A DNA stretch of 63,052 nt, filler included, from Octopus bimaculoides (lineage: Eukaryota), in assembly GCF_001194135.2 (NCBI RefSeq). It is 9 parts of 6 records of this genome, joined end to end, with 100 filler letters (N's around TTAATTAATTAA, not from the genome) between each part and the next. Parts side by side here need not be neighbours in the genome. Positions count along the whole stretch, not along the records: positions 1 to 12,678 come from NW_026418687.1; 8 more parts are not named here. One strand, written 5' to 3'. A program made the translations under genes and the position numbers. Below the pieces are notes generated by a model. It was not told where the DNA came from. It ran no database searches and worked only from the letters and a program-made list of their open reading frames with translations. Positions 1-10,860 of this stretch are shown here, piece by piece (the stretch's first letter is position 1; each line of letters begins with the position of its first letter).

Positions 1-137
1 ACATTACATCGAAAGTAAAATGCTGAGGATTGCTCTGCATTTTAAATTTGATGTGATGTTTCACATTGCTTAGATAAATGGAGTCGCATGAAGCGATCGT
101 ACTGCATTAACTTTGGATATCCTTGTTGCTTATCTTG

Positions 138-170
<33 letters not shown>

Positions 171-173
<3 letters not shown>

Positions 174-541
174 CGCAGGCGTAGCTCTATGGTAAAAGAC
201 TTTCTTGTCAACCACATGGTTCGCGTTCAGGTTTCAGTCCCACGGCGTGGCACCCCGGGAAAATGTTTTCTACTATAGCCTCTGAGCGATTAAAGCCTTG
301 TAAAGTGGATTTGGTAGATGGAAGCTGAAAAAACTACGTCGTATGTGTGTGTGTGTGTGTGTCTCTGTGTTTGTCCCCCACCACCACTTGAGAATCGGTG
401 GTGGTGTGTTTACGTCCTCGTAACTTAGTGGTTCGGCTTGAGAGACCGATGAATAAGTACTAGGATCGATGTGTTCGACTAAAACCGTTCAAGACAGTGG
501 CCCAGCATGGCCGCAGTCTAATGACTGAAACTAGTAAAAGT
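171..541 (+). mobile_element. SINE family A: tRNA-like head, internal TA/TG microsatellite, CR1-like tail; diverged copy
   Basis: Collinear with the near-consensus copy at 38354-38757; retains most CpGs. Confidence 0.85.
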
Positions 542-1021
542 AAAAGGCATGTGCACGCGCGCGCGTTTATGCAGGCACAACGAGAGCACTTTTCATCATA
601 TTCTGTTAGGCTATGCATGAGCTGGAGTGATGTGTGGTCACGCACCAATAGCCATAACAACAACACCCAACATCATTGCTACTACTAACACTACAACCAG
701 CATTGCCATCGCAACCATTAATGAGAATCTCAATAACAAAACAGAATAAAGAGGAAAGGCAAATAACGATTTCGAAAGAATTTAATCTTTCAAAAATCGT
801 TCCTCCTACCCATCACATACACTGTTACTAATTAGAGAACACTCAGCCTTAATAAATCTCAAAGCTGCGATTAATGTCTAAATGTCGTTTCTCAGTAAAT
901 TGATTGTATTACTGATGTATTTGGACGCCGTGAAGGCTGTCTAGGTACGCAATTCACTTTGTAGTTTCGTGATTTCAGGTTCGATCTCTTTAGGCTCCTA
1001 TTTGGGCAACAAATTTCTTTT

Positions 1022-1265
1022 AAGTAGTTGTATGCTGTCAATTTTATGTGACAGTCCCCTGAAGGGAATAATACTACTGTTGGTTAGACCTAGGAAGCTG
1101 CACCGTTTCCTGTCGGCCTTGACACATTTCCTGTCCTTATGTTTACAAGGATACAGGTAATGTGTCAAGGCCAACAGGAAGCGGTGCAGCTTCCTAGGTC
1201 TAACCAACAGTAGTATTATTCCCTTAAGGGGACCGTCACATTAAGTTGACAGCATACTACTACTT
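1022..1265. repeat. Long palindrome: ~117-bp arms, 8-nt spacer
   Basis: 1022-1138 versus the reverse complement of 1147-1265: about 8 substitutions and one 2-nt indel by eye. Confidence 0.9.
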
Positions 1266-1329
1266 CATCGAATCACTACTGCATAAATCTCTCTGAGAGA
1301 TTTAGAAATGTATTATTTCTAAACTTTCA

Positions 1330-1640
1330 TTTATTATATGTGTGGGGTAAGGTGGCGCAGAAGACTTTGATTGTAGTGGCTATGGTGGGGTTTAAAGGGA
1401 GGGATCACTGAATGGGTGACGGGACAAAGGAAGAGACAGGCGACAAAGAAGAAATAGGTGTGTTGGATGTGACAGGGTAGATAGGGAGAAGACAGCTAGT
1501 TTCGTCCATGGAGTAGAGGTTGTTAAATTAATTGTAGAATCGGCTGATTGAAGAATAGAGAATGTGTCTTCGAGTGAGACTGGAGTGTGTTGGTGAGTGA
1601 ATTCATGCCCATGAACCGGACAGTTTTTCTTTGTACGCCG
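1330..1640 (-). mobile_element. CR1-group (Crack/Daphne-like) LINE RT C-terminal remnant
   Basis: Minus-strand DGVQRKTVRFMGMNSLTNTLQS then, after a frameshift, RRHILYSSISRFYN; resembles LDRVQRKA...LQSL.HRR..SL..FYR.Y. Confidence 0.35.
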
Positions 1641-1644
1641 TCTA

Positions 1645-2015
1645 ATATATACATCTATGATGAGAGTTCTATAAGATTCGAGTTCAAAAGGTTCTTCCTC
1701 ATTTTTTCACTCTACTGAGAAACAGCTAAATTGCCCTGTTAATATATCTGCTGTATAAGTTACGTATATTGTACCATAGCTTGAAACTGTGTGGCTTAAG
1801 ATCCCTGTTGACAGCGCCATGATATTAAGTAAAGTATTGATACATATGCTATGCAAGTTAGTAGTTCCAGTTTTCTGTAGCTACTGTAATTGTTGAGTAT
1901 ATAAATAGATGTAGACACCTCTGATGAGAATCCAATAAGATTTGAAAATCCACTAATGTTGTTTATTATCTTTTTTCAGTCTACGGAGAAACAGCTAAAC
2001 TAGCTCTGTTCATAT
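1645..2015 (+). repeat. Two diverged direct repeats (~265 nt apart) with hammerhead-like cores; probable Penelope pLTR tandem
   Basis: (c/a)tgatga-gagtt/gaatc-c(t/a)ataa-gatt(c/t)-ga at 1657 and 1921; shared downstream ttttttca.tctac.gagaaacagctaaa..ctgtt.atata. Confidence 0.6.
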
Positions 2016-2033
2016 ACATATGTGTGTGTGTGT

Positions 2034-2067
<34 letters not shown>

Positions 2068-2278
2068 ATATATGTGTGCGATGCGCGTGTGAGTAGCAAA
2101 ACCATCCTAAATCTAAGGCCAGTATTATATTGTGAGTCCTATTTCAGATTTGTTTAGTCAGTAGGTATTTGGGAGTGAAATATTTTCTGTCTCCAAAGAG
2201 CAAAACCATGTTTCATGAAACGGGTTTTGCTATATTATGAATGAGAAGGTTTACAGCAGAGAATCATCGTAGAAGAGT

Positions 2279-2372
2279 CTAACGATAGTATCAAGGCAAG
2301 TATCCCTAAATATAGTATCCCTAACGATAGTATCCCTAGTAACGATAGTATTCCTAACGATAGTATCCCTAA
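2279..2372. repeat. 15-bp minisatellite (aacgatagtatccct) x ~6
   Basis: Direct reading. Confidence 0.85.
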
Positions 2373-2954
2373 GCCTTGTAAGTAAAACGGAAAGCTAGAA
2401 ACTTTGAAGAAGCCAGTTTTAGAACTGTACATCTTTTTAGATTACAAATTTTGTCCGTAACCCGGTTTAACTGCACCAGATGTGCCTCGAGGGCATTTAA
2501 CATAATTTTCCGTCTTGTAAATATCCGGGCCAGCACATTAAGTTAGTAAGTACTGGTTACTTGTCTGGGGGTACTGCAGCAATGCGTCAGTTATGCTTTC
2601 GTTCTCACATCTCACCACTACCAGTTTCTGAGGTACAGCCATGTGGGGCTCTATTTCATCTTCACCAACCACCATGATGATATCATGGAGTGTTCTCTTC
2701 GTATTCTGTGCAAGTCATATTTGTTTCAAAACTATAGTACGAAGTCAGTACTTTTGAAGAGAGGGGGATTAATTTATTACCACAACTTCAGTATTTTATC
2801 TTATTTTATCGACTGCCGTACAGACGAAAGGCTGTGTTGACTCTGGCTGGTTTGAAGTCTGAATGCAATGAGTCAGAAGAAGTACTGCTAGGCATTTTAT
2901 TCGATATGCTAACAGCTCTGCCAGCTCATCGTCGAGACCTCTGTGGAAATTATG

Positions 2955-3418
2955 ACCTACAAAACATCGAAGGTGTAGTATGACCTAATCCAAGAGGGAG
3001 TTATTGAGAAGGAAGATTGCAAAATCCCGTGGGATGCAATGATTCAATGTGACCACCAGAAAAGATATCGTAAACCTGACATTGTGTGGTGAATAAAAAA
3101 AGGAAAGAACATGCATGATAATCGACATAGCATGTCTCAGTGACAACAGGATCAAAGAGAAAGATGAAAAATTGAACAACTGTCATGAACTGAAGTGGGA
3201 ATTACGCAGGCTGTGGGCAAAGAAGTGAGTGGACGTGATACCGATAGTAATTGGTGCTCTTGGAAGTACTCAACTACATAGAACACCTACAAAAATAAAA
3301 AAAAACATCACGGGTTGGAACTACAAGAGTTCTCCGCAGGTAAACAAGTAAACAAGTGCTAGCTGTGGATAGCAGACACTTTCCATCATGCCCAGTAAAA
3401 TAAGCTGCGAGTTTTCTT
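2955..3418 (+). mobile_element. R4/Dong-type RLE non-LTR retrotransposon 3' fragment
   Basis: Frameshifted EGVIEKEDCKIPWDAMIQCDHQKRYRKPDIV..KERTCMIIDIAC...ELKWELRRLW..VDVIPIVIGALG (PD..D restriction-like endonuclease), followed by an (AAT)n/(AAC)n array. Confidence 0.8.
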
Positions 3419-3450
3419 ACCTTTGTGAAGAATTACGTCAATACATTTAA

Positions 3451-3468
3451 AATAATAATAATAATAAT

Positions 3469-3560
<92 letters not shown>

Positions 3561-3572
3561 TAATAATAATAA
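3451..3572. repeat. (AAT)n-(AAC)n-(AAT)n compound microsatellite
   Basis: Direct reading. Confidence 0.95.
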
Positions 3573-3625
3573 TAGTATTATATTTAAAAAAAAAGGATTG
3601 ACGTAACTCTTCACGAAGGTAAATA

Positions 3626-4429
3626 GTCAAGACGAAGAGTGCGATTNNNNNNNNNNNNNNNNNNNNNNNNNNNNNNNNNNNNNNNNNNNNNNNNNNNNNN
3701 NNNNNNNNNNNNNNNNNNNNNNNNNNNNNNNNNNNNNNNNNNNNNNNNNNNNNNNNNNNNNNNNNNNNNNNNNNNNNNNNNNNNNNNNNNNNNNNNNNNN
3801 NNNNNNNNNNNNNNNNNNNNNNNNNNNNNNNNNNNNNNNNNNNNNNNNNNNNNNNNNNNNNNNNNNNNNNNNNNNNNNNNNNNNNNNNNNNNNNNNNNNN
3901 NNNNNNNNNNNNNNNNNNNNNNNNNNNNNNNNAAGAAGAATTTTCGGTCAAACAGTTTTGAATAAATTTGATGATATTCTCCTGTCATCTTATTCATTCC
4001 TCCAGGGCGTGATGTTAATAACCCGCAAACATATTTCTCCTCATACATTCTGAGAAGTGAAAGTGAGGTAGATTCAGAATATTTTTTCAGAATATGCACT
4101 TTCAAAATCTTCTTCAAATCTGCTGCCGCTTGAAACGAAATGTTCAGCAAGTTCTGTTGAACTACTGTTCTTGTGCCTGACGTCGAATCTGAGCCCATTG
4201 AACCTTTGTTTAATTGTTCCGTTGTACAACCAACATAAAAACCTGACAAAAACTGATGATGTCATTCCATCAACGTATGGACGCTGTTTACTCACGTTCA
4301 TAGTTTACGTTTGGTTTCTGAAATTTTGAATTTTCAATCACCTTTTGGTTTGAACTTGAGAAAGACAGACGTTCTGTCGAAATGTTGTTCAAAAAATAAA
4401 ACATCTAAAATCGCACTCTTCGTCTTGAC
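3626..4429. mobile_element. Putative TIR DNA element with internal minus-strand ORF remnant
   Basis: gtcaagacgaagagtgcgatt (3626-3646, then gap) is the exact reverse complement of aatcgcactcttcgtcttgac (4409-4429). Internal ORF ...FQAAADLKKILKVHILKKYSE...EKYVCGLLTSRPGGMNKMTGEYHQIYSKLFD. Confidence 0.55.
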
Positions 4430-4879
4430 CAATAATATTATTAATAATAATAATAATAGTTTCAGGTTTTTGCAGAAAGTCAACAATATTAGTAGAAAGG
4501 AACTTGGGTCGGTTACGCAGACCCCCGCTACTTGACCCCACTACTGTATTTTATGTATAACGACGCCCAAAAGATGAAAAACAAGTTCACCTATGTGGGA
4601 TCTGACTTCAGAACGTAATGAGTCGGAAGTTCAAGTCATAAAAATAAACATTACAACGAGAAGAATAGTAGATTCTAATTCTAACTGAAGATTTGAACAG
4701 ATATAGTTTTTCATGCAATGATCCGTGGCAACCATATAGAGTAACCATCCTCTACGTAACAGCTCGCTTGAGAATACTCTACATAGGAAGATCCTTTGTT
4801 GGCAATTTGAATGCTAGAAATATCAAGAAAATATTCCTCGAATTATGCTGTTATCTTAAACAAGGTGCAGATATATCAG

Positions 4880-5660
4880 CTACTATAATGACAGATAGTG
4901 CTAAAAAACAGAATGGTCACAGTTGGACTATTTTTAATCAAATATCAAATTTATCTTGGTTGACTTGAGACTAAACGACAATTACAACTACGAAGAGCAC
5001 ATTAGTCTATGTAGTCCTAGATAAACTGTGTCTGAAAAATACAGAATGCACTCAGCTAGTATACCTTGGATCAGAAATCTGTTGGAGTGGAACTGACCTG
5101 GAGTAAAACAATAATATTAATATAGGAAATATGGGATAATGTCTTTCTAGGTACAGTATCTATAATATACGACTGGAGGGTCATGTCTGGGACATCTTTG
5201 ATAAGTCTGTTGAATCAGAACAAACAACTGTAGTCAGTTAATAGATAGTGTAGTCCTAGATACATTGTTTCTGATTAAAAGATAGTTTGGTTATTGTTGG
5301 AACATCTCGATTTGAGTTGGCCGAGGGCTAAATAACTACGATTTCCACTATAGTCACCGATTGAATAAAAACTACTATTGAATAAAAAAGAAAACGAATG
5401 ACAGAAACTGCATGCGGTCACTTGGCATGCTAGAAATAGTAGCCAAGGTTTTTCTAATCACTTTGAACCATAGTGCTAGAAGGGATGGTCGCGTCTAGAA
5501 CACCTTTGATTTTAAGTCAGTCGAATCAGGACTAAAATGTGGGTAAAGAACAACAGCAGCAGTAACAACAACAACAATAAACTATACATGAGTCAATGTA
5601 GCCATGGAAACATTATGTTTAAATAAACGAGATGGTCATGGGAACAACGCCTTGGATAAT
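4880..5660 (+). repeat. Head-to-tail run of about 5-6 decayed copies of a ~110-130 bp SINE-tail module (family G)
   Basis: Recurring gtagtcctagata.ac.g..tctga...gatggtc.....gaa..cctttgat...tcag....ctaaacaac. Single copies at ~25195-25380, 27770-27990, 37440-37640, 37790-37975, 40200-40430. Confidence 0.55.
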
Positions 5661-6496
5661 AATTTGTTTGCTGTGTCAGGATTAAACATTAATACAAATA
5701 AATATCTAAAAAAAGAAGAAAAAACAAACAAAAAAAAAACCAAACAAACAGAGAAGCCAGAAAAATTAACGCTAATTCTAAATCTTAATTAGAAAAATTC
5801 ATCTTTCCATCAAATCCTTCAACCACAAAAGAAGCAAAGAAAATGGAAACGAATTCTAATTAAGGATTTTGAAAGGAAGTAATCTTTGAAGCATTACTTG
5901 TAACCACGTACACGATTACTAATTAGTGAACACTCGGTCTCAATAAACCTCAAACACCATATTAACGTCTAAACGTCTCTTTATATAAGATTACTTGTAT
6001 CACAAACCACATTTGAAAGCAGAGATGGTCGGGCTGTTGTGTGTAACTTGCAAACAGTTTAGCTTCATATATGCGGGTTCGATTTCGCTGCACTCTACAT
6101 AGTGCAATTAAATATTCTTTTTTTTTTCTTTTTGTAAAATAAGCATCGAATTTACTGAAACGTTGTATGGTACACTGCGTGGAAGCATATTGGATGATTA
6201 GTATTTGTTTTTGCAGTTGATTGATTTTCATCTGCCGTTCGGGTTAACACCGCACTGTGGGAATTTTTGTATTGTGGAGTTCACTCTTTTGAAACATTTG
6301 AAAAAATCCACGTGCATGTATGGCTTCTAAATAGAGACGAAGCTGTAAAGAATAAAAAAACAAAAAAACAAAACAAAAAAAAACAAAGGAGGGAGCATGA
6401 ATAATTTAGTTGGTTTAAAATTCCCTAAAACTTGTCAACACTATAACAAAGAAAGAATCAGGTAGTTTCAAAACTTATTTTGTCTTCTCAACGAAC

Positions 6497-6602
6497 TAGT
6501 AGTAGTAGTAGCAGCAGCAGTAGTAGTAGTAGTAGCAGCAGCAGTAGTAGTTGTAGTAGTAGTCGCAGCAGCAGCAGCAGCAGTAGAAGCCATAGTAGTA
6601 GT
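6497..6602. repeat. (AGT)n/(AGC)n compound microsatellite
   Basis: Direct reading. Confidence 0.95.
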
Positions 6603-7069
6603 CGGAGGTGGTATAAAAGGAGGAGGAGGGCAAACGAAATAATTAATTATTCGTTTTTAAATGTGTAACTCGAAGTAGATAAAGCTGTAAAGAAAAGCGT
6701 ACGTATATTGGGTTACAAAAGCCTTTTGAACATAAAAGTCGAAGGCTGATGGTACAACTTTTTCTATCTAAAACGTTCTTAGCCAAATATTTACATGATT
6801 TTACTCATAGCTGTATTTACTTCGAGTTCCTCATTCTTAAATGAATCGATTTCAAATCTCTCGAAGTTTCTAAATTCTTACGGCGTAAATAATATACATC
6901 AATACTTTGATGCTGGGATTTGCTGTTGGTTAAATCTGAGAGCCGCTTACTTTGTCTCTGTTTGAATTTTTCTGTTTATTTATTTGTTTAAAATCAATCT
7001 TCATGAAAAGAAATGCTATTTTAATTAACAACGAGAAAACAACATTTATATTGGTTTCAAAGTCAGCAA

Positions 7070-7400
7070 TTTTGAGGGAAGGAATAAATCGATTACATCC
7101 ACTCCAGTGCTCAATTGGTACTCAAGTTTTTGACCCCGAAAGGATGAAAGGTAAATTTCCTCACCGCCTTAACAACAGCAACAATAATTAATTTTATAGG
7201 GATTTCAAATTTTGTTACAAAACCAGCAATTTCGGGGTCGGGAGTAATTCGATTACATCGACCGCAGTGATCTACTGGTATTTATTTTATTGAAAGGTAA
7301 ATTTGACCTTGGCGTAATTTGAACTCAGAACGTAAAGACGGACGATATGCCGCTAAGCGTTTTCCCAGGCGCTGTAACGATTCTGCCAACTCACCGCCTT
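7070..7400 (-). mobile_element. SINE family C, two tandem partial copies (7070-7170, 7225-7400)
   Basis: Reverse complement of aggcggcgagctggcagaa.cgttag...gttctgagttcaaatt...gactttgcctttcatcctttcggggtc. The central motif resembles Meta/Sauria-type SINE domains (recollection, unverified). Confidence 0.75.
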
Positions 7401-7767
7401 AATAACAATTACACTAATAATAGAGACAGTATTTCATGAAAAATAGACAGTAATTCATGATAAATAGCCACATAGTCACAAATATAGTGGGAAGAGATGC
7501 AATCAATAAAATCAATCCCAGAACTAGTCTGATTGTTCTTTTTTATTAACTCCAGAGAAAGAAAGGTAAAAGTTAACCGTGGCAGGATTTGTGCTCAGAT
7601 TGTAATGAGCCGAAACAAATACCGAATTACATTTAGTCCAATGGAAACTCATCTGTAACAGTCAAACACGAAGTTAGTGGATGTTCAAAACTGAAACAGG
7701 AGTACATAATCCATGACAAAGATGTACAACAGACACACTGGAAGAAATGGAGAAGGTGCGGTTTCGG

Positions 7768-7870
7768 TAGGGGTTCTCAACCATTTTTATTTTATCTACG
7801 GATCCCTTTGATTACTATTTTATTGTGATGACCCTCAGCCATTCAATGTTTAAAGACTAGTTTTATAGAA
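7768..7870. mobile_element. hAT-type MITE 5' remnant
   Basis: agggttctcaaccatttt...gatccctttgattactatttt...gaccctc.gccattc resembles the 5' part of the 29534 element. Confidence 0.4.
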
Positions 7871-8207
7871 ACCTCTTTCAAAATTCCTATTCATTATCTA
7901 TTTTTTCATCGTTGCATTTAACTATTCCCAAAGTATTTATTAAACGGATTGTTTTTTTTTCAATCCTTCATGCTCTGGTTATCTCTGTTTTCAGATACTT
8001 ATATATGGATATTTCCACTTCGTTTATGATATATATTGTCGTTTGTTGGGAGTAAATCATTAGATAACAATAGTCTATTTTGATAAAATTATCAGGTCGA
8101 TTTAGCTGCCTCTATGAACTGTTATATCATAGATAACGTTTCACTTTCTAATTCTTAGAGATCATTTTCTGGTTGGTGTATAATTAAGCCACCTCTTTCA
8201 GTTGATA

Positions 8208-8310
8208 TCGGAGAGGGGTTAAGTCGATCACATCGGCCCCAATGCTCAGCTGGATAAAATATGTACCTCATGAGCATTGGGGTTGATGTAATCGACTTAC
8301 ACCTCTCCGA
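8208..8310. repeat. Inverted repeat of ~40-bp family C tail segments
   Basis: 8208-8248 versus 8271-8310, about 6 differences, 22-nt spacer. Confidence 0.8.
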
Positions 8311-8967
8311 AAAATGCTGACCTTGTGCCCTAATTTGAAACCGAATATTTCATATAGCTGGCTCTAACTTTCTGTAAATGTAGTCTCACTTGTCTAGGAA
8401 GAGCCCAAAACAGACATATGGATTATTTATATTTTCTCAGCCAGCCACACATTTAGCGTTTAATATATTTTGCCTCATTACATACTTTTGCGAGTTTTCT
8501 TAAGCTGCATTCAGAATTTCTTCTGTAGCAGTACTGAAACCTAGTATCTACACAGTACCGAGACTTTTCCTCGTCTATTTTTATTGTTTTCCATTACGTT
8601 TTCCATTTTTTTAAAATATAGAACTGTTGTTATTTTATAAACGTTTTCAAGTTGCGAAACACCTCTACCTCATTGTGGTAAATATAATAAAATTGCATTG
8701 TTAAATATTGGTAAGGTGTAAACCAAATGCAGTCGTTAATTTTTCTTGTGTCCAGTCTTACCAATTCAAGTAACTACCAGATGACAAATTTATGAATATA
8801 ACTTATTAACTTGACAGCTACAGAATTGATGTCTAGTACCTCATTTCGCTATTTTAAATATTAATATGATGCGTCTATATTTCTTCTTAGACTGTAATCT
8901 AATTTTTCTGTAGTGTTGCAGCTGCTCTTCATTTAACCGTTGTTCCTTTATTATTATTATTTGATCT

Positions 8968-9166
8968 GACAGAATCGTTAGCACCGGACAATATGCTGAG
9001 CAGCATCTCACTCGTCGCTACGTTCTGAGTTCAAATACTACCGTGGTCGTCTTTGCCTTTCATCCTTTCGGGATCGCTAGATTAAATACCAGTGAAACAC
9101 TGGGGTTGATGTAATCGACTAGTCCAGTCTCCAAAAATTTCAGGCATTGTGCCTTTAGTAGAAAGG

Positions 9167-9167
<1 letters not shown>
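8968..9167 (+). mobile_element. SINE family C
   Basis: gacagaatcgttagcaccgg...gtctttgcctttcatcctttcgggatcg...actggggttgatgtaatcgact...gtagaaagga, then (TCA)n. Confidence 0.8.

Positions 9168-9243
<76 letters not shown>
9168..9243. repeat. (TCA)n microsatellite, tail of SINE C
   Basis: Direct reading. Confidence 0.95.
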
Positions 9244-9245
<2 letters not shown>

Positions 9246-10429
9246 CCACCACCTGTTTTGAAGTTCTGGGTTATCGTGGTTCCTTCCTGCAGCTGAGAGA
9301 CGCTGCCCGTCCATAAACACATGCACTGTTTCGAAACAAGACACCCCTTAGAGTAGCCAGCTGGTTTTGCTATTTTTAAAGGCCAAGAATCAACTTGTCA
9401 TCTTCTATTGAAAGAACTGACCAGCTGTAGAGATGTAAATACGTTTTTTCTTCTTTCTCTCTTCCTTCTCTTTTCCATTGACACTCCTTTCAGATACACA
9501 GGCGCACATACACACACACATACACACACACACAAGCACACACACACACNNNNNNNNNNNNNNNNNNNNNNNNNNNNNNNNNNNNNNNNNNNNNNNNNNN
9601 NNNNNNNNNNNNNNNNNNNNNNNNNNNNNNNNNNNNNNNNNNNNNNNNNNNNNNNNNNNNNNNNNNNNNNNNNNNNNNNNNNNNNNNNNNNNNNNNNNNN
9701 NNNNNNNNNNNNNNNNNNNNNNNNNNNNNNNNNNNNNNNNNNNNNNNNNNNNNNNNNNNNNNNNNNNNNNNNNNNNNNNNNNNNNNNNNNNNNNNNNNNN
9801 NNNNNNNNNNNNNNNNNNNNNNNNNNNNNNNNNNNNNNNNNNNNNNNNNNNNNNNNNNNNNNNNNNNNNNNNNNNNNNNNNNNNNNNNNNNNNNNNNNNN
9901 NNNNNNNNNNNNNNNNNNNNNNNNNNNNNNNNNNNNNNNNNNNNNNNNNNNNNNNNNNNNNNNNNNNNNNNNNNNNNNNNNNNNNNNNNNNNNNNNNNNN
10001 NNNNNNNNNNNNNNNNNNNNNNNNNNNNNNNNNNNNNNNNNNNNNNNNNNNNNNNNNNNNNNNNNNNNNNNNNNNNNNNNNNNNNNNNNNNNNNNNNNNN
10101 NNNNNNNNNNNNNNNNNNNNNNNNNNNNNNNNNNNTTAAATTTTCATATTCAAAAGAGACAGAGACTTCAAATTCGATACATCGATATAAACTGTGAGAA
10201 CGACCCTTAAGGAATCTAGTTAATGATCTCCTAAGGTAAGTTCTTATGCTATATTGGTAACGGTTGCTACATCCTCTGGAAAAATTATTATATATATATT
10301 TATATATATATATATAACGTTTCGAGCCTACGTTCTTCCACAGAAAGTAGCACAGAAAGAAGCAAGGAGAGAAAAAAAGAATGTGTAGTGGCTAGCGATC
10401 ATGAAATTAGCATTAGCTTATCACTCTTT

Positions 10430-10497
10430 CTCGCGGAACCCCTAAGAACCTGTTGTGCAACCCTTGGGTTCCGGGGAGCCTCGGTTAATAAACGCTC
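10430..10497. mobile_element. hAT-type MITE end remnant
   Basis: gcggaacccctaag...gggttccggggagcctcggttaataaacgctctg resembles the reiterated ggaaccc subterminal motifs of hAT MITEs. Confidence 0.35.
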
Positions 10498-10796
10498 TGC
10501 AACATATTCTTTACAAGTAGCACTTATTTGAATATGCGTTAGTACTCTTACGTGATGGACCCCGTAATGTAACTCAGTCAACAGCTCACATACGTCATAT
10601 TCTACACAATTCTTATCCGAAAAATATCACACAATGCATATAACTCGTGCAGCATACACTCAACACAACTGACACTCACCCATACAAGAACACATAACAC
10701 AACTCACACAACACTAAAAGCCAGTCGTTCTCATCGAACAAGTATAGATTGGTAACATGCACCATGTTTTCGCTATTTGATTTAGGTAGATATGCG

Positions 10797-10860
10797 GATG
10801 TGGTCATAAGCTAGCGTTGTCATATTCCTGGCTCAACAGAATATCCAAGATGTGACATCT
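10797..10860 (-). mobile_element. Isolated 3' end of the same R4-type family as 11850-12560
   Basis: atgtggtca...cgttgtcatattcctggctcaacagaatatccaagatgtgacat closely matches ~11848-11907. Confidence 0.6.
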
